The notes: generated by a model not told the origin, from the letters alone. A DNA stretch of 64,000 nt from Octopus sinensis (GCF_006345805.1 NC_043023.1:12710001-12774000); one strand, 5' to 3'; counted from the first letter of the stretch, positions 1-11,608 are shown. Made by a program: numbers and translations.

Positions 1-116
<116 letters not shown>

Positions 117-142
117 TCGTATCAATATCAAAATTTATTACA

Positions 143-497
143 ACCCGGCAGGACAAGTGAGACCATAACCCATGGCCTCTACCTGGGATGTAGCCAGTCC
201 ACTTATGCATAGCTTTCCTTCTAGGGACACAAAACTCTACTTGTGAAGACCTGTTGCGGCAAGTGAGAATCAGATTCCAAATCGAAATCAATCAACATCA
301 ATAGAAATTGTAGCTGTGATACCAGTGCTGGTGGCACATAAAAAGCACCAACCGATCGTGGCCGCTGCCAGCTTCCTCTGGCACCTGTGCCAGTGGCATG
401 TAATAAGCACCATCCGAACGTGGCCGTTGCCAGCACCGCTTGAACTGGCTTCCATGCCGGTGGCTTGTAAAAAGCACCGACTGACCGTGGCCACTGC
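143..497 (+). mobile_element. RTE-LINE 3' UTR element after ZF-0, truncated by a deletion
   Basis: Starts ACCCGGCAGGACAAGTGAGACC, carries GGTGGCAC..AAAAGCACC subrepeats, and fuses to SINE sequence at ACTGC 493-497. Confidence 0.75.
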
Positions 498-746
498 TAA
501 GTGACGGGGACATAGACACACCAGCATCGATTGTCAAGCAATGCTAAGGGGACAAACACAAACACATGCATATATATACATCTATACAACAGGCTTCTTT
601 CAGTTTCTGTCTACAAAATCCACTCACAAGGCTTTGGTCGGCATGAGGCTATAGTAGATACTTACCCAAGGTGCCACGCAGTGGGACTGAACCTGGAACC
701 ATGTGGTTGGTAAGCAAGCTACTTACCACACAGCCACTCCTGCGCC
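498..746 (-). mobile_element. Octopus tRNA-derived CORE-type SINE (OR-like), tail deleted
   Basis: Minus strand starts GGCGCAGGAGTGGCTGTGTGGTAAG. A box 726-736, B box GGTTCAGTCC 684-693, followed by a CACCTTGGGTAAGT CORE-like segment. Confidence 0.8.
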
Positions 747-816
747 TATATGTATATTGTGATTACATTTTCTTTTGAATTGTCATATTTTCTGCCACAT
801 CTTCTGGGTAATCGGT

Positions 817-960
817 AGCCATCTTATTTCTGGTGCCACTCCAATCTTTCTATTTCCATGCTCCGCTCTCAAGGGGCAACCTTATAGTGACGCCTGGTCC
901 CAGACGCCATTTTAGGATTTTCATCCACGCATGCGCAGGGGTAAGAGCCTGCCGGAAGCC
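817..960 (-). promoter_or_regulatory. Candidate YY1/NRF1/ETS promoter-like motif cluster
   Basis: GCCATCTT at about 818-825, CGCCATTTT 905-913, CGCATGCGCA 928-937, CCGGAAG 952-958. Intact again at about 50340-50480 and partly decayed in the other units. Confidence 0.4.
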
Positions 961-1199
961 CCTTATGCACATGTGCAGTCATCAGCATCAGCTAAGCTTG
1001 ACCGCTGTCCTCTCTCTCTCTCTTCGCCCCTGCTTCCAACCAAGCCAGACGCAACTTGACCACCTCCGTGTGGCTGGAATTCTGAAGGCGATCCATGACT
1101 TCAGCGAATCTGAGAAGTATGCCTTCACAATCGTGATTAAAGTGTCTCTGCTGCTTCCGCACGAAGGCGACCTAGCTACTGATTGTCCAGAGATGTAAC

Positions 1200-1588
1200 G
1201 CTTGTACAGACAGAAGAATAAATATTGTTATTTGTTCAGAGATCCTTGTTCTATTGATTTTGTTATGGCTTGGTGGGGTGACTGGGGAAATGTAAAGATG
1301 TGCACGACCTCCCTTTGACGGTTTGGAATGACCATAGAAAGTGCGAGCCCACGAACTGAAAAATTGTCGATTTGTATAAAGGACACACGCACAGACAGAT
1401 ATTTTTCCGTTTATATATATATTTAATGGCTTTGCGGTGTAACTGGGGAAATGTAAAGATGTGCACGACCACCCTTGGACGGTTTTGAATGACCATAGAA
1501 AATGCGAGCCCTCTAACTGAGAAACTGTGGATTTGTATAAAGGACACGCACACACAGACAGACATTTGGCCATTTATATATAGAGAGA
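1200..1588 (-). mobile_element. Helitron-like non-autonomous element, 5' end (3' end not found), with an internal 161-bp duplication
   Basis: Minus strand begins TCTCTCTATATATAAATGGCC...TGTCTGTGTG, similar to the 5' end of the complete Helitron at 56026. Duplicated blocks start at 1265 and 1426. Confidence 0.4.
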
Positions 1589-1967
1589 TGTTGATGTAAT
1601 TCAGCCTAAGGAGACATCTACAGCTGGCTACACGACATGATCTGTTTATATTCGCGAGTGCCCGTTCTTCATATTTTATTTGTTAGTATAAAATACTTTT
1701 AAAAAATGGATGAATCTTCCTAATTTTCAGCAGATTTAAGAATTATCTTTTAAATCTGTAGGTCAAAAGGTAAAAATCCCAGCGTTTCTCTATTTCCATT
1801 CGTAATTGTGCATTATGTTGGGAGCGGCGACATCTTTTCCCTCCCCGTTGTCATTGGAAGAATTAATCAACCTTCGAATATCGAACACGCAACACTACAT
1901 TCCATCCACTGACGGTTCTCTCAAAGTAGCAACTTAATTATACATGAGAGAAAATAGATCACTGTGA

Positions 1968-2175
1968 TCATCATCATCATCATCGTTTAACGTCCGATTT
2001 CCATTGTAGCATGGGTTGCACGATTTCATTGAGGACTGGCGAACCAGGAGGCAGCACCAGGCTCCAATCTGATCTGGCAGAGTTTCTACAGCTGGATGCC
2101 CTTCCTAACACCAACAAGCTGTAGAAACTCTGCCAGATCAGATTGGAGCCTGGTGCAGCCATCTGGTTCGCCAAC
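1968..2175 (-). mobile_element. Inverted RTE-tail fragment ending in a fold-back hairpin (present in every type-A spacer)
   Basis: (CAT)n-CGTTTAACGTCC is the reverse complement of the tail end. Arms 2050-2093 and 2117-2160 pair at 43/44. Further copies near 16170, 25810, 35400, 43740 and 53080. Confidence 0.75.
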
Positions 2176-2192
2176 TGTTCTCTTAGAATAAT

Positions 2193-3008
2193 GGGGATCT
2201 TTTCGGTTTCAACGGCAGGTTTTTAAATTTCTATGGAACTAAAAAAATTTTAACTTCGTATACAGATAGAATGTATTTATAAAGCATCCTTTTCCTTGGC
2301 TTTATTGAGAAAATTCTGTAGTTTGTAACATATTTGTTGTTTTTTTTTCTGCAATTTCAACCAATCAATGACGTCTATTGAGGTCAAAGAAACAGTATGT
2401 GCCTTATGACTATGTCCCTCGTTTAAGAAACAGATTGGGATTATTTACATTTTTGAAGGAAAAAATATACCCTTTCCCCACCCCTAACCCTAACACAGAT
2501 TCAAATGCAATAGATCGATACTAGGGTTATAATTATGGGTGACAAGTTCATATGACACTGCTACAAAAAACTGCCCGTCAAACCGAAAAGATTTTTGTTT
2601 ACATTTGTGAAGATAACAGAAAGCCTTTTCTCCCCACTCCTAACCCTAACACGTGGAAATTATTTTTAAAAAACTGCCAGTCAAACCGAAAAGATCCTTT
2701 TTTTTACACAAAGTAAATAATAAGGCGATGCTTCGATATATAAGTACACACGTGACTTTGTTTACATTTGTGAAGATAACAGAAAGCCTTTTCTCCCCAC
2801 TCCTAACCCAAACACGTGGAAATTATTTGCAAAAACTGCCGTTCAAACCGAAAAGATCCCAAATATCTTACAAACTATAGAATTTTCTCAATAAAGCCAA
2901 GAGAAACAGATGTTTTATAAACACATTCTACCAGTATACGAAGTTTAAAAGTGCTTAGTTACGTGGAAATTATTTTAAAAAACTGCCGGTCAAACCGAAA
3001 AGATCCCC
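2193..3008. mobile_element. MITE-1: fold-back DNA element with GGGGATCTTTTCGGTTT...AAACCGAAAAGATCCCC termini
   Basis: About 150-bp imperfect inverted arms and internal reiterated AAACCGAAAAGAT ends at about 2581, 2685 and 2845. No TSD seen. Confidence 0.75.
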
Positions 3009-3064
3009 AAAAGGTATCCAAGCATTGTTCTTTAGATGAGAGAGAAGTGTGAAGGAGGACAATG

Positions 3065-3223
3065 ATTGGACAGGAGAGAAAATGACGTCAGAAACGGATC
3101 GGAAGTGCAACGGCCTGACGTCACATCAGGAAGATATAAGTCAAAGATGCCTTCTTTCTTTCGGTGTCTGCGACGGGGTCCAGTTCGTGCGCTGGAAACG
3201 GTCGTAGATTAGAATATGTGAGT
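3065..3223 (+). promoter_or_regulatory. ZF-1 promoter, non-coding exon 1 and 5' splice donor
   Basis: ATTGG 3065-3069, TGACGTCA 3083-3090, CGGAAGTG 3100-3107, TGACGTCA 3116-3123, pyrimidine-rich initiator-like CTTCTTTCTTTC, donor GTGAGT 3218-3223. Confidence 0.72.
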
Positions 3224-3468
3224 GTATATATTCTATATTACCTTTAAGGTAACATCGTTGACAGAATGGGACAAAGAAGACACCGGAACGAAACGAACCA
3301 GTCATAGAAAATTGAAGAACTATAATCATATAAAGGGATATAACTTTCCTTAATTAATTAATTAAGGTGCTTAATTAACAATCACTGACTCGTTTGTATC
3401 TGAATACGGTAAGTTGACAACGATTTATTTTAAGGCTGTAATGATGATAGTAATGCCAATAATGACAG

Positions 3469-3685
3469 GGTACTACTAGCGAACAGTGGTCCCGGTGCGC
3501 GCACTCGCGTATCCTCGCCTGCTAGTCGTAAGTAGTCGATCCTACAATTTTTAAAACTAAGTAAATACGTTATTTTTGTAAACAAACTAAGGTTAGAGTT
3601 AGAAAGTTGTAGGATCGACTACATACGACTAGCTTGCACGGATGCACGAGTGCGCGCACCGGGACCACTGTTCGCTAGTAGTACC
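3469..3685. mobile_element. MITE-2: about 215-bp hairpin element with GGTACTACTAGCGAACAGTGG termini
   Basis: About 80-bp inverted arms. Copies near 10345, 18329, 27964, 36791, 45138 and 54489. Confidence 0.75.
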
Positions 3686-3862
3686 GCGCACCTCTCCAAG
3701 ATAATGACGCTTACTTGTGAGAAAAAGTTAGGAAATGGGAAATATATCCAGAATACATAAAGTATGGAGGAAATTAGAAAGATTAATCTATTTTTTAAAT
3801 ATTTTATACTAAAAAATAAAATACGGAGAACGGGCACTCGCGAATATAAACAAACATATAAG

Positions 3863-4272
3863 GGTACTATTTAAGAAGAGAGGGCGCGCTAGCGTGTCGT
3901 GACTAGTCGATCCTTACTTTGTATTTTTGTTTTATTTATTTTGTTTAAAAAAATGAGCGAAACTTCGGTATAGGTACCGGAAGTACCAGATACATTTCAA
4001 GAAAGTGTCTTTTTTATATATATATATATGGGGGGTTATGGTTAAGGGTTGTGTTAGGGGAGGGAGAAAAGAGTTTATGTTATCTTCAGAAATGTAAACA
4101 AAGCCACTCACGGTACTTATACCGAAGGATCGCTAAAAAATTATTTACTTTGTGTAAAAAAATTATTTATTTTGTGTTTTATTTACTTTGCTAGGTAGTC
4201 GTTGTAGGATCGACTAATCACGACTAACTAGCGCGAGTGCGCGCACCGGGACCACACTTTTTAAATAGTACC
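3863..4272. mobile_element. MITE-3: GGTACTATTT...AAATAGTACC element related to MITE-2, flanked by about 95-bp direct repeats
   Basis: Shares the TAGTCGATCC and GCGCGCACCGGGACC arm motifs with MITE-2. Direct repeats at 3766-3858 and about 4273-4366. Present in every unit. Confidence 0.7.
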
Positions 4273-4749
4273 AGAGAAAATTAGAACGATTAATCTATTT
4301 TTTTAACTATTTTATACTAAAAAATAAAATACGCAGAACGGGCACTCGCGAATATAAACAAACATGTATGTACGTATACGTATGTATTTATGCATATATA
4401 TGTATTATTATGTATACATATATGTGTGTGTGTAAGGGCGAAAGAAATTGAATATTAATTAATAACATCAATTTCGTATGGATTTTGGCGTTTGGTTCAG
4501 CAAATTATGTTTTTGATATACTCTACCGATGATTCGAAAATGATTTGTAAGTAAAATTACACAATCTATTAACGATGAAACAATTGTATAGAGTTAATCC
4601 ATTTTTTCGTTATTTTTCATTTGTCCTGCCCGCTTACATTCTTGGCGTGTTGAATTAATGCTTGAGAACAATTCTTTAGTGGTGGATGACCTTTGTGGAT
4701 CTATTTCTAACGTTAGAGTGACCACATGTGGTCCCTCTCTTAATACTTG

Positions 4750-4782
<33 letters not shown>

Positions 4783-5034
4783 ATACAAATATATTTGTAG
4801 TGAATCGTAAAGTAGATTGGATCCATCCTTGCCAAAATTTTACTTAACCCTTCACAAAAATTTTTCCCACGGCAGAACAATAGAGAAATCTCTATACAGA
4901 ATGTTGTAAAAGTTTCAATGCCTCAATGGATTCTGACCCCTGCAAATATAGACATTAAATGGATGACAGTGTTGATGTTGTAAGATTTGCAATGTTGAAT
5001 TACTATGTCGTTTAATGATTCTCTTTATCTCACT

Positions 5035-5057
5035 GCTTCTTTTTTTTTCTATTTCAG
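5035..5057 (+). promoter_or_regulatory. 3' splice acceptor of intron 1 of ZF-1
   Basis: CTTCT(T)nCTATTTCAG. Equivalent AG ends at 11891, 19886, 30090, 38637, 46681 and 59631. Confidence 0.7.
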
Positions 5058-5069
5058 AATATAACATCC

Positions 5070-5850
5070 TGTTGATATGAAAGAAATTACTTCATTCAGA
5101 TGTGCCTCTGATATTTTATCAGCTCCCATCAACCAAAGGAAGATGATATATTTATAAGGAGCATTCATCAATACATCAAACTCATCTTATAAAGGAAATC
5201 TGTGAAAAACAACAGCAAAATATTTCTTCTGGACGATGGAATTAACAGCAACAATTTGAAGTCTTTGCTGTCTGGAATATAGAGGAGATGATTGTTTTAC
5301 AGGTTAATTAAGCTTGGATAACTTTACAAAGGGTTAGACAATTGTCACCTCTTGATTTAGATATTAAGCAAAATCTCAGATGAAAGAAGCATAGCATTAA
5401 ATTATTCTCTGAAAATAGCAACACAAATATATTCATAGAAATGAATTTTTTTCCTATTTCATAATATCATACCATGTTGATTTAAAAGAAATTTCTTCAT
5501 TCAGATGTGTGTCTGATATTTTTATTGACTTTCATCAATTAAAGGAAGACCATATATTCATAAGGCACATTCATCAAAACATCAGCTTCTTTATATAAAT
5601 AAAATCTTCGCCGAACGATGGGGAAATATTTCTTCTGGATGATGGAATTTAGAGCAACATTTTTTTTGCCATCTGGAATGTAGAGATGATGATGAACCTA
5701 CAGGTTAAGTTTGAGTAACTTTACAGAAGAGTTAACCAATTTATATCTTCTGTTTTAGATATTAAGCAAGATCACCAATGAAAGTAACATAACATTTAAT
5801 TATTCTCTGATGCATTTGAACACAAACATTCATGGAAATGAAACAGATAC
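5070..5850 (+). repeat. Old diverged duplication of about 400 bp in the leader upstream of the ZNF ATG, containing decayed finger remnants
   Basis: 5070-5465 and 5475-5850 share AAAGAAATT.CTTCATTCAGATGTG, AATATTTCTTCTGGA.GATGGAATT, ACAGGTTAA, TAGATATTAAGCAA and ATTATTCTCTGA in the same order. Confidence 0.7.
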
Positions 5851-5888
5851 TATCATTGTGATACGTATAACGAAATTATTCTCTCATA

Positions 5889-7194
<1,306 letters not shown>

Positions 7195-7220
7195 TCGTAT
7201 CAATATCAAAATTTATTACA

Positions 7221-7706
7221 ACCCGGCAGGACAAGTGAGACCACAACCCATGGCCTCTACCTGGGATGTAGCCAGTCCACTTATGCATACCTTATCTTCT
7301 TGTGACACAAAACTCTACTTGTGAAGACCTTTTGAGGCAAGTGAGAATCAAAATCGAAATCAAACAACATCAATGGAAATTGCAGCTGTGATACCAGTGC
7401 TGGTGGCATGTAAAATGCACCATCCGATCGTGGATGTTGCCAGTCCCGCCTGGCCCCCATGCCAGTGGCACGTAAAAAGCACCGGCCGACCGTAGCTGTT
7501 TGCCAGCCCCATCTGGCACCTGTGTCCGGTGGCACATAAAAAGCACCCACTACACTCACGGAGTGGTTGGCGTTAGGAAGGGCATCCAGCCATAGAAACA
7601 TTACCAGATCAGACTGGGCCAGGTGCAGCCTTCTGGCTTCCCAGACTCCAGTTGGACTGTCCAACCCATGCTAGCATGGAAAGCGGATGCTAAATGATGA
7701 TGATGA
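7221..7706 (+). mobile_element. RTE-LINE 3' UTR element after ZF-1 (type-B tail)
   Basis: Ends GCTAGCATGGAAAGCGGATGCTAAATGATGATGATGA and is followed by the type-B flank. Confidence 0.78.
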
Positions 7707-7974
7707 CAAGAATTATGAATATTTTGTCTGCTAAAAGACAGGGTTCATTCCTCTTCAAGCTTGACATTATCAACTTCAGTTTCCTGGATGTCAACATGAA
7801 ATTCATGAATCACAACTTCAATATCATTTATATATCTAAATATATCAACACAGAGATGACTTTGGTTTCTGAAGAGGATTGTGCTGGATTTTTGAGGAAT
7901 TTGTTATGAGAGAATAAAGGAATGGGAATAAGGAATAAAAGTTTTAAGTGACATTGATTTTGTCTTTGTTGTGT

Positions 7975-8137
7975 TTTCATCATCATCATCCTCATCCTTC
8001 TTCTTCTTGTTCTCCGCCTCATCCTCCTTCTTTTTCTTTTTCTTCTTCTTCTCCCCCCTTTCTTCTCCTCCTCTCCGTCTTCTTCATCTTCTCCTTTTTC
8101 TTCTTCTTCTTCTCCTTCTTCTTTTTCTTCTTCTTCA
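7975..8137. repeat. (CAT)n/(TCT)n/(TCC)n microsatellite
   Basis: Directly visible. Shorter paralog at 23055-23162. Confidence 0.95.
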
Positions 8138-8477
8138 GTGTCCATTTCCTTTGCATGCCTGGGTGGGAAATTGTGACCTGAGCTGGCAAGCCAGAGTGCT
8201 GCTCCAGGTTCCACTCAGATTTTGCTTGCTTTCTTAGGCTGTATCCCCTTAAGACGTCCATTGAGGTGAAAAACATTCTGTGCCTTATGAATATGTCCCT
8301 CGTTTAAGAAACAGATTGGGTTTATTTACATTTGTGGAGAAATAAAGATAGCCTTCCCCCCACCCCTAAACCTAAAACAGATTTAAATGCAATAGATCGA
8401 TACTAGGGTCATAATTATGGGTGACAATTTCATATGACACTGCAAGAAAAAACTGCCGTTCAAACCGAAAAGATCCG

Positions 8478-8810
8478 AATGTGTGAGTACACTTTATTGA
8501 AAGAATCTTGTAAAAATTTGAAAACCCTTGAAAGTGAAGTTCTTGACAGAAAGGGACAAAGAGGAAACTACAACGAATCCCACCAGTCAGTAGAGCCACC
8601 TATTGGAGAACTGAAAGAAGACAACCATGTAAAGGGAAATAACTTCTGCTACATTTCAACCCCGGTTCAACAATTAAATTCTTAATTAAGGTGCTTAATT
8701 ACTGATTCACTGACTCGTTGCTTATTTGTGAATACGGTATTTTGATAAAGATTTACTTTAAGGCTGTAATAGTGATAATACTACTACTACTACTAATAAT
8801 AATAATGTGA
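8478..8810 (+). other. Diverged relic of the exon-1 donor and intron-1 start of an older paralog
   Basis: CGAATGTGTGAGT, TTGACAGAAAGGGACAAAGAGG and TTAATTAAGGTGCTTAATTA..CACTGACTCG..GAATACGGTA resemble 3212-3445. Second copy at 23878-24190. Confidence 0.6.
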
Positions 8811-8887
8811 ATAATAGAATTCTGTGAACCTCTTTATGTTACAGTAATTATTTTTCGAAGCGGGAACCTGACAACAATTAAGAAAAT

Positions 8888-9040
8888 GTGCTGGTAGCAC
8901 GTTAAAAGCACCAACTGATCGTGGCCGATGCCGAACTCCCCTGGCACCTGTGCAGGTGGCACATAAAAAGCACCCACTACACTTCTGGAGTGGTTGGCGT
9001 TAGGAAGGGCATCCAGCTGTAGAAACACTGCCAGATCAAA
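8888..9040 (+). mobile_element. Short RTE-tail/SINE fragment
   Basis: GGCACATAAAAAGCACCCACTACAC...TTAGGAAGGGCATCCAGCTGTAGAAAC. Confidence 0.7.
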
Positions 9041-9314
9041 CAGAGACAACTTACAAATTACAATTTTCTCAAGAAAGCCAAGAGAAAAAAATGTTTTATT
9101 TTGACACATTCTCCCAGTAAACGAAATTTTAAAGTGTTTAGTTAACTAGAAATTGTGTTGAAAACTGCCGTTCGAAAGGAAAAGATCCCTCAACAAAGCT
9201 CTTGATGAACGAAATATTGTGAAGCATTTTGTCTGGCGTGCTAGTGACCCTGCCAGTAAATAATGGGATTATGTGAACCCTTCAATGTTAAAGTAACCAT
9301 ATAGAAGTGAAAAC

Positions 9315-9892
9315 GGATCTTTTCGGTTTGAACGGCAGATTTTTCGAGTGGTGCCATATGAAATTGTCACCCATAATTACGACCCTGGTTTCAATCTATT
9401 GCATTTCAATCTGTTTTAGGGGTTGGGTATATTTTTTTTTCACAAATATAAATAAACCAAATCTGTTTCTTAAACGAGGGACATATTCATACGGCACAGA
9501 ATGTTTTCACCTCAATAGACGCCATTGATTTGTTGAAATTTTCACCCATAATTACGACCCTAGTATCGATCTATTGCATATCAATCTGTTTTAGGGGTGG
9601 GGGAAGGGTATATTTTTCCTTCAGAAATGTAAATAAACCCAATCTATTTTTTAAACGAGGCACATATTCATACGGTACAGAATGTTTTTTACCTCAATAG
9701 ACGTCAGTGATTGGTTGAAATTGCACTAATTGAAGAAAAAAACAACAAATATCTTACCAACAGTAGAATTTTCTCAATAAAGCCAACAGAAAAGGATGTT
9801 TTATAAACACATTCTACCAGTATACGAAGTTTAAAAGTGTTTAGTTACGTGGAAATTATTTTTAAAAACTGCCGGTCAAACCGAAAAGATCC
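9315..9892. mobile_element. MITE-1 rearranged copy
   Basis: GGATCTTTTCGGTTTGAACGGCAG at 9315 and AAACCGAAAAGATCC at 9892, with internal blocks inverted relative to 2193-3008. Confidence 0.7.
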
Positions 9893-9951
9893 TCAAAAGG
9901 TATCCAAGCATCGTTCTTTAGATGAGAGAGAAGTGTGAAGGAAGGACAATG

Positions 9952-10111
9952 ATTGGACAGGAGAGAAAAATGACGTCAGAAACGGATCGGAAGTGCAACG
10001 GCCTGACGTCACATCAGGAAGATATAAGTCAAAGATGCCTTCTTTCTTTCGGTGTCTGCGACGGGGTCCAGTTCGTGCGCTGGAAACGGTCGTAGATTCG
10101 AATATGTGAGT
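9952..10111 (+). promoter_or_regulatory. ZF-2 promoter, exon 1 and donor
   Basis: TGACGTCA 9971-9978, CGGAAGTG, second TGACGTCA, donor GTGAGT at 10106. Confidence 0.72.
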
Positions 10112-11553
10112 GTATATATTCTATATTACCTTGACAGAATGCGACAAAGAAGACACCGGAACGAAACGAACCAGTCATAGAAAATTGAAGAACTATAACC
10201 ATATAAAGGGATATAACTTTCCTTAATTGATTAATTAAGGTGCTTAATTAACGATTGCTGCCTCGTGGTTTCTTTCTGAATACGGTAAGTTGACAAAGAT
10301 TTATTTTAAGGCTGTAATGATGATGATAATAGCAATAATGATAAGGTACGACTTGCGAACAGTGGTCCCGGTGCGCGCACTCGCGTATCCGCGCTTGCTA
10401 GTCATAAGTAGCCGATCCTACAATTTCTAAAACTAAGTAAATACGTTATTTTTATAAACAAACTAAGGTTAGGGTTAAAAAGTCGTAGGATCGACTACAT
10501 ACGACTAGCTAGCACGGATGCGCGAGTACGCGCACCGGGACCACTGTTCGCTAGTAGTACCGCGCACCTCTCCAAGATATTGACGCTTACTTGTGAGAAA
10601 AAGTTAGGAAATGGGAAATATATCCAGAATACATAAAGTATGGAGAAAATTAGAAAGATTAATCTATTTTTTAACTATTTTATACTAGCGGTGGGCGCGC
10701 TGGCTAGTCGTGACTAGTCGATCCTTACTTTGTATTTTTGTTTTATTTACTTTGTTTTAAAAAAATGATCGTAACTTCGGTATAGGTACCGGAAGTACCA
10801 GATACATTTCAAGAAAGTGCCTTTTTTTTTTATATATATGGGGGTTTTGGTTAAGATATGTGTTAGGGGTGGGGGAAAAGGGTTTCTGTTATCTTCAGAA
10901 ATGTAAACAAAGCCACTCACGGTACTTATACCGAAGGATCGCTAAAAAATTATTTACTTTGTGTAAAAAAATTATTTATTTTGTGTTTTATTTACTTTGC
11001 TAGGTAGTCGTTGTAGGATCGACTAGTCACGACTAACTAGGGCGTGTGCGCTCACCGGGACCACTCTTTTTAAATAGTACCGGAGAAAATTAGAACGATT
11101 AATCTATTTTTTTAACTATTTTATACTAAATAATGAAATACGCAGAACGGGCACTCGCGAATATAAACAAACATGTATGTACGTATACGTATGTATTTAT
11201 GCATATATATGTATTATGTATACATATATGTGTGTGTGTAAGGGTGAAAGAAATTGAATATTAATTAATAACATCAATTTCGTATGGATTTTGGCGTTTG
11301 GTTCAGCAAATTATGTTTTTGATATACTCTACCGATGATTCGAAAATGATTTGTAAGTAAAATTACACAATCTATTAACTATGAAACAATTGTATAGAGT
11401 TAATCCATTTTTTCGTTATTTTTCATTTGTCCTGCCCCCTTACATTCTTGGCGTGTTGAATTAATGCTTGAGAACAATTCTTTAGTGGTGGATTCCCTTT
11501 GCGGATCTATTTCTAGCGTTAGAGTGACCACATGTGGTCCCTCTCTTAATACT

Positions 11554-11608
<55 letters not shown>

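Noticed and set aside
684-746. tRNA-like sequence with A and B boxes
   Set aside because: It is the SINE head and continues into CORE and tail sequence, with no complete cloverleaf evident.
2480-2650. CCCTAACCCTAA telomere-like motifs
   Set aside because: Only two units each, and they are internal modules of the MITE families, not interstitial telomere arrays.
3141-3329. 62-aa minus-strand ORF MVIVLQFSMTGSFRSG... recurring in most units
   Set aside because: It overlaps the conserved promoter/exon 1, is disrupted in the ZF-2 unit (about 10130) and extended in the ZF-6 unit, and has no recognisable domain. Recent duplication explains the recurrence.
7828-8276. Poly-E/K/R and poly-S/F/L ORFs
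   Set aside because: Translations of the (TCT)n microsatellite.
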